DNA of 63,806 bases, counting the filler, from Octopus bimaculoides (taxonomy: Eukaryota), in the NCBI RefSeq assembly GCF_001194135.2. It is 5 parts of 5 records of this genome, joined end to end, with 100 filler letters (N's around TTAATTAATTAA, not from the genome) between each part and the next. Parts side by side here need not be neighbours in the genome. Positions count along the whole stretch, not along the records: positions 29,592 to 49,049 come from NC_068988.1; positions 49,150 to 55,410 come from NC_068989.1; 3 more parts are not named here. The stretch is one strand, 5' to 3'. Position numbers and translations under genes: made by a program. Positions 38,693 to 52,732 of the stretch are shown here, piece after piece. Within the stretch, counting starts at the first letter, position 1. The number at the start of each line of letters is the position of its first letter. The notes below the pieces were generated by a model. The model did no database searches. It was not told the origin of the DNA and saw only the letters and a program-made list of their open reading frames with translations.

Positions 38693-39623
38693 GTAAGCAG
38701 CGATGCTATGGAACCGACGAAATAGCAAGAAATTGGGTAATACAGGAAAATGAATAATGTATTTTTTTACAAAAAATAGACGGGGCAGTCACGACTGGAA
38801 TGCCTTTGATGATCCCTCTGATCCACAGTTAACCCGGGTTAAACAAGAAGAACGATAACGACAAATCTGTATCCCTGTAATATTTGCTATTGAAAACAAC
38901 AGTGATGTGAAGGGGCTGGTACAGTGTTTGAAAGTGGGTCGGTCACCACGAAACCGTCGTCTTCAGAAACCAAGTGGAAACTATTCTCCTTCAGAATAAC
39001 GAAGGCGAACGTAACTAAAGCGAAATGGTTCCAACACAGATTTGAAACTGGATCAAAGCTTCATTCTCAATAAAACCTTATTTACCATTCTACAAAATCT
39101 TATTTATCCCCTAAAATCATTAACTTTATAATTTGACCCACAAACCTACCCGCATCTCAGATATCTATTATATATATTAAATGTGTGCAAAAGTGATTTA
39201 AGAGAAGAGTGAGGGATTACTTAGTACTTGGCAGAAAGACGAGGAACCTGATAAATTGTTTTCTGGTATTTGGTGTCGTTCCTCTATCTTCGAAGTTTAA
39301 TTCCCACCCAGTCTGACTTTACCTTCATGAATCTTAAAATAAAAAAAAGGATGAAAAATGACTGACATATGTAGTGTAGATTCAGTTGCTTTTTTCCGTT
39401 GTTTTTTTCCCACTTGTTTTCATGATTCTTTCCGGTATATCCCCACACATTAATCCGCTTTTTTTTCAACCACTTCCTATTTGTCATTCTTCATTTTTCT
39501 GTTTTCTATTTCAATTTTCTTTTTTTTTCTAATTATTATTTGTTTATTAACGTCTGTCGACCATTTTCTTTTGATTTTGTACTTTTCTACTTTGATCGCT
39601 TACTTTTACAAATATTTTCACAG

Positions 39624-39772
39624 AGGTCATTGCGTACTTTGACTACAATAGCACAGAGAACGACCACTATCAACGACTACAACAACACCCATTCAACCAC
39701 AGTAAAGGTGACACTGCTTTTACAATTAGTTCATTGATGGATGATGGCCATAACAGATTAGTTCGCTGGTGA
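39624..39772 (+). CDS. Candidate terminal exon of the small ORF
   Basis: Long polypyrimidine tract then TTTTCACAG| at 39623. The phase-1-compatible frame (E)VIAYFDYNSTENDHYQRLQQHPFNHSKGDTAFTISSLMDDGHNRLVRW ends at TGA 39770-39772. Confidence 0.3.
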
Positions 39773-40629
39773 TGACCATACCAGCTTCAAATATTATCAT
39801 TAACTTTATTTTCACCTTTCGAAAATCCTAACCTAAAAACAAGGTCAAAAAGAAAACACGGCGTGTTTTATTGCCTTTTACTGGCTAATCCCTTTCTCAA
39901 AATCCCAGATACATAACCAAATTTCTTTAGCACGCCACTAAGTTTTAACAAGAAATCCAGATTCGCCTTAGAAGTATCCAAAATTAGACCACGTCCCATA
40001 ATATCATGGTGATTCTTACTTTCTCAATAGAAATCTGTGGTAACTAAGGTACCAATCTCCGAAAATTTCAGACACATTTCTGTTAGTTTCCCTGACTTTC
40101 ATTTGACCGCTGACCATACAGCATTAAAGATCTGTCTTAATTCCTGGATGCATCAGACTTAAATAAACTGAATGTTCAGTTTTTTTCTTTACAGATGAAA
40201 TAAATTGGTTAAAGCTGTCCACAGAAAGTTTCTTTCCAGAATACTCTTGTGAGAAATGTATGTCCACGGATGCTCGAAGAGAGATTTTCGAAACCTAAAG
40301 CCTCGAACTGTTTAATTTCTACCAAAAACATTACAAACTTCGACATATCTTTTTATGCATGATTTAAACTTCCGCACACATTACTCTACTCTAACTTTAT
40401 TCTCAATTGTTGTTCCAATTTGTGTTTTAACTTTCGACTGATTTATGTCTGCGAGGATACATTTGCAATAATCGCTTTTTGAAATACTTCGGGAATATTT
40501 TCAAATCTACAGGAAATTTCTGATATTCACGCGTATTCTCGGAGATAATATTAAATATATCGCAACACCCTACGTCTCTTCAATATTTATGACAACAGCA
40601 AGGGCAAGCATTTCGTGTTTGAACAAAAT

Positions 40630-40800
40630 GTTCTTCAGCATTTCTTCCGGTTCTTTACGTTTTGAGTCCAAATTCCGACGAGGTTGGCATTGTCTTTCCT
40701 CCTTTCAGGGACCATAAATTAAGTACCCGAGAAGCTATGCAATCCATGGTATCGACTAACCAGACTCCAAATTTGCTGACCTGCTGCCAGAAATTTGAAA
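40630..40800 (+). mobile_element. Degenerate SINE family A
   Basis: TACGTTTTGAGTCCAAATTCCGACGAGGTTGGCATTGTCTTTCCTCCTTTCAGGGACCATAAATTAAGTACC. Confidence 0.65.
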
Positions 40801-41626
40801 CCGTTAAATTATCTCGCCTTTTACCTGCCTTAAATTATCTCGCCTTTCACCTGTCTTTAAACTTTCATTTTTTTTCTCTATTAATGTTTTTTCTTTGTTG
40901 TTTTTTCTTTATCATTTACAGATTCAATCTTATTATTCAATTATCGCTTTCTGCCAGAGGCTGTAGCCACGCTAACTATTTTCCTTGTAAATTTCATTTT
41001 TCTTCTTCCGCTATTTTTAACTTGTTCATCTATTTACTTCATTCCACTTTTCAATTCCTTATTCATTTTTATTCCGATCATCTTTATATTTCTGCTTCCA
41101 ACTTCATATTCACCGACACCATTTCTTTATTCTTCCATTTCTCTTTATCCATATTTTTTTAATTTCCTTCTACGTAACACTTTCCAAACACACATCTTCA
41201 CATATCATTTTCGATTTTATATTTTTCTTTACTCCAAACAATATATTTTTCTCTCTCATTTCGACTATTTTACTCCTTCCCACATTGTTCAGTCTATTTT
41301 CTTTATAAATTCTTCCATTCCTTCCTCATATTTTTGTCACTCGTCTTGATAGAGACCCACTCCCCCAAAACTTTTCTTTCTGTTTTTCGCAGTTTCATTT
41401 AATCGTATTCTCACATGTCAGAAACTTCCCAAATGATGCATAATACCACCCTACACACATTGTTTGTTTTTTATAAAAGGAAAAATTAGATATTGTAGCC
41501 CTTGGTTGAGTCTGTCTGGCCACATGATTGAGGCTTCAATATCATTTGACGTCACGGTCTTTGATTGCTGGATCACAGTTGATCGCACGGATATTATTAC
41601 AGCAGCAAAGATATATAGCTACGAGG

Positions 41627-41753
<127 letters not shown>

Positions 41754-42099
41754 GTGTGTGTGTGAGTGCGTGTGCGTGCGTGTGTGTGTTTACCATGTAA
41801 TGCCTGAGAACTACATTCGTTTAGCCTTGCAGTTCGGATTGAAGCACAAACTAGACCTCACAGGTCGGATTGAGACCATTATTATCAAAGACCGTATTTA
41901 TAATGAAGCCCAAAGTAAACGGATAAGGAGCGGGGTGCAATATTTATTAACACATGAAGAAAGGAAGGACATGAGGCTTTGGTAAACGTTTGTGTGCAGA
42001 GATACATGGGAAAAACATGTCCACATGTTATATATACATTCCTGTTAAGTAAGAGTCTTTAACGTGAGAAGGGAGACAGAAATTGTCCTCATGAACGTC

Positions 42100-42384
42100 A
42101 ACAGTTGCCGAGAAAACCAATTTCTGATAGAAAAATTGCATTTTTTCAGCTAAAACCTTTCAATTTCGCTCATATTCGAGTCAATTCGGATGAGCACGCG
42201 CGTAAATTTGAAAACCACTCTACGATAAGTGAAAATCAGCGAAGTAGAAACAGTACTGTGCATATTTTTTATAATTTGTATGTATTTATTTTATTATAAA
42301 TGCAAAACAACACCACGCAGGAATCGACGAAAGCTGAAATGATAAAGCGCGATAGGTGAACCGCGATACGGAGAGGGGTCACTG
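42100..42384. mobile_element. Tigger/pogo-like non-autonomous element end
   Basis: Terminus TGAACCGCGATACGGAGAGGGGTCACTG (reverse complement CAGTGACCCCTCTCCGTATCGCGGTTCA) resembles Tigger-type TIRs (CAG...CCCTC..TATCGCGG). The partner TIR was not found. Confidence 0.45.
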
Positions 42385-43096
42385 TGTGGCACTTTTTGTA
42401 TATGGATTCGTAAGCTTCTTTTTCATCTAGTGGGACCCTAACTCTGAAAACAAGTAAGCAATATATATTTTAGGGAATATTTTAAAGTAAAAAATAATGT
42501 CATTATTTTATAGAATTGAACCTGAGCCGGAATAAACACTGTTGCAGACAGGATCCAATCCGCGTGTCGTGTGTTTGATAACCATATTGTAATGCATAAA
42601 ATGCCATATCTATTGAGTTTATAAATAAACTGTTAACGTCGCAAAATGCTCAGGATACGTATATGTGTGTGTGTAGTTATTGTTTTAACTATACCGGGGA
42701 AGAACACGTTAAAATGTTTGATATTTGACATAAATGTTAAATATAGCATAATGTAAATAGTTTCATCCGAAGCATGATCAGAAAAGTGCTCAACAAATAG
42801 ATGAATGCAAGTGGGCCATATGGGGCTATGACAAACGTCATGATAGACTTAGAACAGATTTTTAAAAATTTCGAAAATTCCACGTAACGAAAATGTGTGA
42901 AGCGCGTAATTCTGACAAATTGGATGCAGTTTTGACTACGATTACCTTCTCTTCCTCTCTTTATCTAATAATAAATACCAAGAGATCTTTTTCTCGTGTA
43001 TTCTAGCGAAAGGAATATTCTACATACACTAAGGCGCCTTACATAATCTTGTAAGCCTTGAGATTCATAAATTCATCACAACGATATCGTTCCTTT

Positions 43097-43150
<54 letters not shown>

Positions 43151-45662
43151 ACACGTGTATATATTTACATATATACACACATATATATATATATATATTA
43201 TGATTATCATTCCTCTCTCCCTTTCATTTCTTTAGACGTAAACGCTTGCCAACTGTTCATTTCCGCTCCACCGAAAATATCAGACGATACTTTGTTTCCC
43301 ATGGCCACTTGTCGTCCTAATTAACTTGTTGATCCTTTTTACTTAATCGCATGCCATATCTTCCTAGTAATAGTGTGTGGTATGAAGGGATGTTAGGTGT
43401 TTGCTATTAAAACAACATATTTGGGGTTTTGTTGTTGTTATTGTGTAACCTAAGGTCAAACTTCAAGGAGAAAATCTTTGGACAAATCCATCAAAGCTAC
43501 GACCAAGACGTACTTTTAGGGGGTATCCAAGTCTACATACGATTAACTAGAAGAGCGACTACGTTGAGGACCCCTAACTTCATAGTTGTTTTGTGGGAAA
43601 AAAATCCCATTTGGATGAGAAAACAATAAGATATGGCTGAAAAATGATGATGTGATGAAAAGGTATGGCGCAGGCACCAGTTTGTTTATATAGCAAATCA
43701 GACCTGCATGGCTACAGTTTCAGTGGTGCTTATGATACCGAGATGAAGGATTTAAGATCGAATACTTGTCAACGAATCCAGTAAGCGGGATTAGGGTAGG
43801 ATTTATATCATTGAGATTATCCGCTTTGCTGTAAAACGGATGAAATCGTATGCTTTCGTTTCCTCCCGTATTCTTTCGATTCTTAGCACTTCTCCAAGCA
43901 AGCCGTTTTGTTTGTCTCTAAAAATGCAGATCCTCAGGAGAATTTGGATGCGTTCTTATTTGATTTTCATTTTCTATTTCTCGCTGAGTTTTCGCTTTTA
44001 ACTTGTATCTTCTCTCTCTGGATAAAACAGCTGAAACGTCTCACATCTTCAAGATCTTTGGAATGCGTCACAGGCGAAACCGATGACTCTGCCATGGCGT
44101 TGCCTTATTTTATATTTGCTTTCAATTTATTGAATTATTATTGCGATACTGACAACCACCATTCTATTTCAGCTCAAATGATTAATTACTCTAGTCATAG
44201 TTTTGAAAAGTCACTAATCGTCCAGTTTTCGAAGTACATTCATAATGAAAGGTTTAAACATAATTAAAATCTGTGAAAGCAATTTTACAGCTTCTCTAAC
44301 AGGGTCCATATTTTCACTTATTAAAGTATCATTATCTATTAATTATTTAATATGCTCGATGACTTTCGTGAGCTACACATATATTTTTGCGTTTTTAACA
44401 CCGTACGCCTATAAGAGACGCTTTTCTCGAGACAGATGCCGCAGTTTTGAAGGCGTTTAACGATGTATATGCTTTAGATATGATACACAGAATGCTATTT
44501 CTTAAGTATATTTCATTTTATTTATTATATGCAGTCATTCAAAACAACAGTGTCAAAGACGTTACACCTTGCCCACCCCATCATTTTTCCAGACACAGTG
44601 CATCTATGTCTTCACAGATTAACATGAGGGAAATTTGGTTTCTATTTTTAGCCGCTTAAACAATGTCACAGAGGCTTCCTCGTTGGCTCGAAATAAACTT
44701 TCATTTTTACCAACTGCAAAGCGGAAACAACTGGGTGGTATATACCACTTGCATGCATAGAATGCATTTCGGTTATACAATGAAAGTGCACCGCCTTTCA
44801 CATTCACTATAATATCTCTGTACAATTACGGCTGCCATATTTTCAGCATTGAGTATGCTGGGCGAATTCGGCAGAGTTCTTGTCTGTCTTAAAGTGTATC
44901 ATAACACATATGGAAATAGAATTCACACACAAAAGCATACACTTCGGCTCGTGTAAGCCTACGCATTTCATAGAGACACACACACACACATGTACGTACC
45001 ACAACGTACACTCACACAGACATACGCACGCCTGTATTTATACATGAGTGATATTTAGCTGCCCTCATACTCTTTAAGTATGAATCTTTATATATATATA
45101 NNNNNNNNNNNNNNNNNNNNNNNNNNNNNNNNNNNNNNNNNNNNNNNNNNNNNNNNNNNNNNNNNNNNNNNNNNNNNNNNNNNNNNNNNNNNNNNNNNNN
45201 NNNNNNNNNNNNNNNNNNNNNNNNNNNNNNNNNNNNNNNNNNNNNNNNNNNNNNNNNNNNNNNNNNNNNNNNNNNNNNNNNNNNNNNNNNNNNNNNNNNN
45301 NNNNNNNNNNNNNNNNNNNNNNNNNNNNNNNNNNNNNNNNNNNNNNNNNNNNNNNNNNNNNNNNNNNNNNNNNNNNNNNNNNNNNNNNNNNNNNNNNNNN
45401 NNNNNNNNNNNNNNNNNNNNNNNNNNNNNNNNNNNNNNNNNNNNNNNNNNNNNNNNNNNNNNNNNNNNNNNNNNNNNNNNNNNNNNNNNNNNNNNNNNNN
45501 NNNNNNNNNNNNNNNNNNNNNNNNNNNNNNNNNNNNNNNNNNNNNNNNNNNNNNNNNNNNNNNNNNNNNNNNNNNNNNNNNNNNNNNNNNNNNNNNNNNN
45601 NNNNNNNNNNNNNNNNNNNNNNNNNNNNNNNNNNNNNCATGGACAGAATATCAATACTGCGG

Positions 45663-45719
<57 letters not shown>

Positions 45720-46192
45720 GATGCCATGATGCAGTACCAGGCAGTAGCTCTCATGGCTTCTAATCTTACTCGATTGGAAGTGTTATCATGTACATTGTTT
45801 TGTCTTGGTATAAAAGATGGGCTACAGCAAAGATTCTGCTTAGTACCACAGATTTGCTTGTCAGTTGTTTGACCTTAACCAGTTGAGCATGTCCCTTGGT
45901 GGCTGACGATATGTGCATCTCTGATCACGAGCGGAAGTAGTGGGGGAGCATCACAGCCATGTGTTGAGAGGAATTCTTTTGGGTTTAGATAATTCACCTT
46001 TGGAAACATGGGTGTTTTGTTCAACATCCTTAAACAACTATTATCCAGGGACCTTCTGAGCGGGAAAGGCTACTCGACCCGAAGAAAATTCTAACTGGGC
46101 CTCACCTACAAGGTCATGCATTGTTAATCTTGATATGAGATCACCACGTCACGCACATATGGTTGAGATGCATGTGTCTGGTGTACCCTTAT
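45720..46192 (-). mobile_element. (TTA)n-flanked interspersed repeat, right portion
   Basis: Reverse complement of the 54.4-54.8 kb copy, extended to the element end, which abuts (AAT)n at 45663-45719. Confidence 0.85.
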
Positions 46193-46714
46193 TAGTGCGT
46201 GCAAACCATTTTCGTTGCCCTGCACTCGTTTCGGGCAGCCCTGGCTGACAGCACTTCCATGCTTGTAGAGTTTATCCTGAAACGGCAACGCGCACCACTC
46301 ACAATCGGTAGTACTGCTAATCTATGGATTTCTGGAAATTTTTCATGGGGCCTTGTTCGAAAACTTCCGGAAAAACTAACTAGCTGATTTTCGTCTACGC
46401 CGTGGGCTCTCTCCAAGAACATCGTCGTTCTTGCCAACGCCATCAACCAAATGCAGAAAGCTAGAAAAGAACTTCTACCCATCGCATCGCCCAACTGGAT
46501 GAGGGCTGTCAGCTCCTGACAACATTTCAAATGCCAGGCGCCTTCTCTCAGTTTTCGTTTGACTTAGAGCTGCAGGTCTGTCAAAGAGAAGAGCTGGGGA
46601 AGATTATGTAAGACAAACGCCGACCATATCTGCGACCATCAACGAATTGCTGGAGGAGTCACAATCTGAGCATCATTAGCCACTATAAACTCAGTCCTTC
46701 ACCCTATTTATAAT

Positions 46715-47145
46715 CCTTTCTACTCTAGGCACAAGGCCCGAAATTTTGGTGGAGGGGGTCAGTCGATTAAATCGCCCCCAGTACGCAACTGGTATTTAAT
46801 TTACTGACCCCTGAAGGATGAAAGGCAAAGTTGACCCCGGCGGAATTTGAACTTAGAACGTAAAGACAGACGAAATACCGCTAAGCATTTCGCCCGGCGT
46901 GCTAACGTTTCTTATTTCTTTACTGCCCACAAGGGGCTACACACAGAGGGGACAAACAAGGACAGACAAAGGGATTAAGTCGATTATATCGACCCCAGGG
47001 CATAACTAGTACTTATTTAATCGACCCCGAAAGGATGAAAGGCAAAGTCGACCTCGGCGGAATTTGAACTCAGAACGTAGCGGCAGACGAAATACCGCTA
47101 AGCATTTCGCCCGATGTGCTAACGTTTCTGCCGGCTCACCGCCCT
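46715..47145 (-). mobile_element. Two head-to-tail family A SINEs with different tails
   Basis: The body GGATGAAAGGCAAAGT..ACC..GGCGGAATTTGAACT..GAACGTA...GACGAAATACCGCTAAGCATTTCGCCCG occurs at ~46815 and ~47030; the tails differ. Confidence 0.9.
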
Positions 47146-48586
47146 TTCCCCCCAATATATAATAAATGATTCAGGGAGTTATTCGTATACATAGAATGTC
47201 CTTCGACTATGCGACAAAAACAAAGCAAAAAAAAAAAAAAAAGANNNNNNNNNNNNAAAAAAAAAAAAAAAAAAGACGTGTTGTTCGAAGTAAAGCTAAT
47301 TGGAAAGATGGCAATCCTTTAGGACTGAGAAAAAAAATTGTAAATATTAGTCGAAAGCTGGAACTAAATTTACGACATCGGACGAATCGGGAGGTGAAAG
47401 CAAAGTGACTAACTATAGAATTGGTCAATGCAAAAAGGGTAGTTTGAAAAATAGGAAGTTCATATGGTACCTTTTGGGAGGAGAGAAAAGGAAAGGGTAA
47501 AATTGGATAGTGAGAGTTAGATGAAGAAGGCCGTACAGAGAATAGACAGCTCGAAAATAAAAAAAAGAAAAAGGAAGAGGTAAACAGATACAAAGAAGGG
47601 AGTTTCGGGTAGATACATTGACAGAAACATGAAAGCAGGTGGCAAAATGAAATAAGAAAGGACAGACAGGTAGATAGAAGTTTTATTTATAAAGGAACAA
47701 AATGTAAACGTGTGTCACACGAATGTCTGAAAGAAATGTTATTCATGTGATTCGAGTTATTTGTTTTACTTATAAGATTCCATGAATCCTGGTAAAGAAG
47801 GTCTATCATCAATGATGTTCAGCCATCACCTTTCCGAACCTTATCTAATGTACTGTTATTTTTTTAAAGACAACAGAATGTCGATTACGGAAAATTTTAA
47901 GCGTTTTTCCTTGCATTTCGAGCGATTTTATAGGAACGTCCGCCTTGAATTGATCGTAGTCGTCATCCACTTTGATCAGCGGTGGATTCGAACGTAGGAC
48001 CTTATAGGTAAACAGTCCAACGCGTTATTCATGCGACCATCTAACTTCCAGCAATGCATTAACAAACTCAACGATATGAAGTTTACGAGTGAAAACGAAT
48101 GTAACTTTTACAATAGTGTGACTTAGAAAGAAAAAAAAAAGAGACAAAAACAAAACAAAAACAAAACATGTTCCGCTTGTAGACATGTGCATAAATTCTC
48201 CATATGTGTACACATCGCAATGGGTGTACGTGGCTGTTTCAAGGTTGTTTTGTCAAACAAATGAGCGCAGCGGATGCACGAAGACAAAGAGCAAAACAAA
48301 CATTGTACAGGCGCTTTTATGGGCTTCTCTCTTTCTCTGTCTCGCTACATACACAGGCATATATATGATACACACACGCACAAATACACGTGTGTGTGTA
48401 TATATACACACACAAATACATGCATAGAGAGAGAGAGAGAGAGATGGACATGCACACGCATACAAAACTACACACACACTCCCTCGTACGCGTGACATCC
48501 TGTCTGACATTTTAGAATAAATATACTATTACTAGAACAGAATTTTCTTTCTATCAGTGTATAGATAAGGTTGTTGTTGTTGTTGT

Positions 48587-48639
<53 letters not shown>

Positions 48640-49049
48640 AAGTACGTATACACACACACACACACGTATATATATTTATATGTATGTATGTGTGTGTATG
48701 TATTTGTGTGTATGTATGTGTGTGTGTATGTATGTATGTATGTATGCATGTATGCATGTATGTATGCATGTGTGTATGTATGTATGTATCTATGTGTGTA
48801 TGTATGTATGTGGATGTATGTATGTATATCCAGCAGTCTTTTTTGTACCATTCTAAACGTGGTGAACGGGTGATTTTTTTATTAGTTTTCTTTTATTTGT
48901 TTTGCATTTATCGTTGTTATTATTGTTGTTGTTTTTGTTATTGTTCTTCCCATTGTTGTTCCTGTTGTCATTTTTTTTTTCAACTGGAAATTGCGATAAG
49001 TGAAAAGACGTGTAAAGTCTGTCTGCTGCGTGTATTTCTCGAAAGTATC

Positions 49050-49149
49050 NNNNNNNNNNNNNNNNNNNNNNNNNNNNNNNNNNNNNNNNNNNNTTAATTA
49101 ATTAANNNNNNNNNNNNNNNNNNNNNNNNNNNNNNNNNNNNNNNNNNNN
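49050..49149. other. Synthetic linker N44-TTAATTAATTAA-N44
   Basis: 12-mer at 49094-49105. Confidence 0.95.
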
Positions 49150-49227
49150 GAACTCAGAACGTAACGACGGACAAAATACCCCTAAGCATTTCGTCCAGTA
49201 TTCTAACGATTCTGCCAGCTCGTCGCC

Positions 49228-49349
<122 letters not shown>

Positions 49350-50159
49350 CTGAAAATGCACTATTGTAATTTTCTTAAATTCGGTGGAGAAACTCTGCTG
49401 GTTTAGTTTAAATATCTTTAATCAAAAACTTTACCAAACATAGTTTTTTATTTAGTTACAAAAAGTAAAAGGGTAGTATCTCACTATGAAAATACGCATG
49501 GCTACTAAAAAACTCTAATAGCAAAGGCGATACCATACAAAGTTGAAATATAACCATGCCAACTTAGCACATAAGAGAAGTATGAAATACTATTTTGTAA
49601 AGAACAATTACTAAATACAAATTCAAAACTCATCTCTTATTTGTAGGAAACTCACTTATAGATGATTGCGACATCTTAAACCCATAGACTTCCTGAATGT
49701 GTCAACTTATGTAACTGGATATAATTGGTATCATCTTCTGAGATCCAAAAGTCTTTCTTTTAATCTGTTTCTTCAAACAAATATAACAAACAAGCAGCGT
49801 TCAGTCATTTTTCGTTTGCCATTAGTGACCTATACTCAAAGTATTAATTAAACAGGAAAGAAATATACTTATGGTATATACTAACTGCACCCTCTTCCTC
49901 CCTTTTGTCAACACTTTACCATTTCCCAGTTTATTTATTTCAGTTTTCTTTTAATGTTTAAAACTCATTTCAATAATTTCTTTGTTGCCCTTTCATGTTT
50001 CATTACTTTATGATTTATAAGTTTCGATCTTTTAAAAGTAATTTAAAAATACAATGGGCCATGACACGTAACTATGGAAGGCTCGTTTGTTTGCTTCAAT
50101 TCTAGTTTCGTATGAAAAAAATTACAATTCTGAAAACAATTTTTTCAATAATTTCATAT

Positions 50160-50530
50160 AGGCTGTTTGGTTAAGAAGCTCACTTAGCAGCCACGTGGTT
50201 TTAAGTTCAGTCCTACCGTGTGGCACCTTGGGCAAGTGTCTTCTACTAAAGCCCCGAGCCGACCTCGTCAGTGGATTTGGCAGATGGAGTGTGTAAGCTC
50301 GTCATATGTGCGTGTATGTCTCTCTCTCTATTTAATTGTTTGGCCCGCCCCATCGATTGGCAATCTATGTTGATTTGTCTAGGTCCTGTAACTTAGCGGT
50401 TCCGCTATAGAAATCGATAGAAAAAGTACCAGACTCAAAAAATAGATATAGGAGTGGATTTGTTCGAGTAAAAATCCTCGAAGGCGGTAACCCAGCATGG
50501 TCGCACTCCAATGATTGAAACATGTAAAAG
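50160..50530 (+). mobile_element. Older, diverged SINE family B
   Basis: GGCACCTTGGGCAAGTGTCTTCTACTAAAGCCCCGAG...AACTTAGCGGTTCC...GGCGGTAACCCAGCATGG. Confidence 0.75.
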
Positions 50531-52732
50531 ATAAAAGACATTAAAAAAAATCCAGAACGCTTTCCTTTCCCATGAGGTATGGAACACCCGATTTGAAATG
50601 CTGCCCACTTTTCTTTTCCCCTAGAATACTGAACATTTTATGTCTTGCACAAAAAAGAAGCTAGGCCTCAAATGCCTATTGTATGAAATCGTAGTTAAGC
50701 AAACATAAATATGTCTAGCAAAACTATTCATCTTTCAACATATTACCAGTATTTGCTTTAAGATAACAAATTGATAATCGATATTAAAAGGGAGAAAAAC
50801 AACGATAGTATCAATAATTCACTGAAGTATCTCTTTCTACGGCATTTAGATTCGTGAAAGGGAGGAGGTAGTAAGGGAAATATAAACATGTGCACAAAAA
50901 GGGAGGGATACGGGTAGAAGGATACAAGAGGGGAAATAGAAAGTATCTGTATTAAGTGTACGTGAGTGAACGTGCGTATGTATATGAGCTTCTCTTCCTC
51001 TCTCTCTGTGCTTGCCTCTCTCTCTTCTTCTCTCTTTCTCCGTCCTCCTTCTCTCTCTCTCCGGCTATTTGATTTTCTTCTTAAATTAAGCCACGAGAAA
51101 ACACTTGTTGGTTACCATAGGTTTCAACAGTTTCTAGGTAAAGCCGGCTATGATGAAGCTTCATGAACTTGCGAATATCTCAGCAGACACCGGATCATTA
51201 CGACGCCAGGAACAAATAGACAATTCTCTATGCATGCATGTATGTATGTATGTATGTACGTATGTATGTATGTATGTATGTATGTATGCATGTATGTATG
51301 AGTGTGTGTATGTAGGTATGTATCTATGTATTATGTGTGTGTATGCATGTATATGTGTGTCTGTATATGTGTATGTATGTGTGTATGTATGTGTGTATGT
51401 ATGTGTGTATGTATATATGTATCANNNNNNNNNNNNNNNNNNNNNNNNNNNNNNNNNNNNNNNNNNNNNNNNNNNNNNNNNNNNNNNNNNNNNNNNNNNN
51501 NNNNNNNNNNNNNNNNNNNNNNNNNNNNNNNNNNNNNNNNNNNNNNNNNNNNNNNNNNNNNNNNNNNNNNNNNNNNNNNNNNNNNNNNNNNNNNNNNNNN
51601 NNNNNNNNNNNNNNNNNNNNNNNNNNNNNNNNNNNNNNNNNNNNNNNNNNNNNNNNNNNNNNNNNNNNNNNNNNNNNNNNNNNNNNNNNNNNNNNNNNNN
51701 NNNNNNNNNNNNNNNNNNNNNNNNNNNNNNNNNNNNNNNNNNNNNNNNNNNNNNNNNNNNNNNNNNNNNNNNNNNNNNNNNNNNNNNNNNNNNNNNNNNN
51801 NNNNNNNNNNNNNNNNNNNNNNNNNNNNNNNNNNNNNNNNNNNNNNNNNNNNNNNNNNNNNNNNNNNNNNNNNNNNNNNNNNNNNNNNNNNNNNNNNNNN
51901 NNNNNNNNNNNNNNNNNNNNNNNNNNNNNNNNNNNNNNNNNNNNNNNNNNNNNNNNNNNNNNNNNNNNNNNNNNNNNNNNNNNNNNNNNNNNNNNNNNNN
52001 NNNNNNNNNNNNNNNNNNNNNNNNNNNNNNNNNNNNNNNNNNNNNNNNNNNNNNNNNNNNNNNNNNNNNNNNNNNNNNNNNNNNNNNNNNNNNNNNNNNN
52101 NNNNNNNNNNNNNNNNNNNNNNNNNNNNNNNNNNNNNNNNNNNNNNNNNNNNNNNNNNNNNNNNNNNNNNNNNNNNNNNNNAGGAGGGACAGAGGAGGAG
52201 GGACAGAGGAGGAGGGACAGAGGAGGAGGGGAGGAGGAAATGAGTTTTGGTATATTAGTATTCAGAGTAGAACGGTAAAAAGAAAAAAAAACAGAAACTC
52301 ATGATTTCGTGTCTTGATTGCTGTAGCTATTTTTAGTTACAGCAGTGGTTTCTTGTTAAGCTTTAAATGGCTTGGTGATGTTTTGAAAAGGATTAAACGA
52401 GGGCGAGGAACTGGTAGCACATAGTGTTGAGTACACGATGATAACTGATGAAAAAAATCTGAGATGCTCGCCAGACATATCTGCCACTGATGATGCTCAA
52501 AGACGCAGAAATCTAGATTTACCAATTACATTGCCGTTGTTAGACACTTTTCGTTCGCTATTGTTATTCTTCTGCGCATTTTACCACTATATGTCTCAAT
52601 GAGATGCTTTCTCGAGATAAATACCGCAGTTGTGTGGTTTTCTGCAGTATATCTACGTTAAGTAAGATATACAAAATGCAGTTAAGTATTTATTCTGTAA
52701 AGTTACACAAATGTCACACAGTTGTTATCAGG

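Noticed and set aside
41800-41985. Protein-like frame MPENYIRLALQFG...MRLW after (TG)n
   Set aside because: No acceptor, no recognisable motif, and only about 60 codons.
44735-44748. 14-bp palindrome GTGGTATATACCAC
   Set aside because: Isolated, with an AT-repeat centre and no associated feature; plausible by chance.
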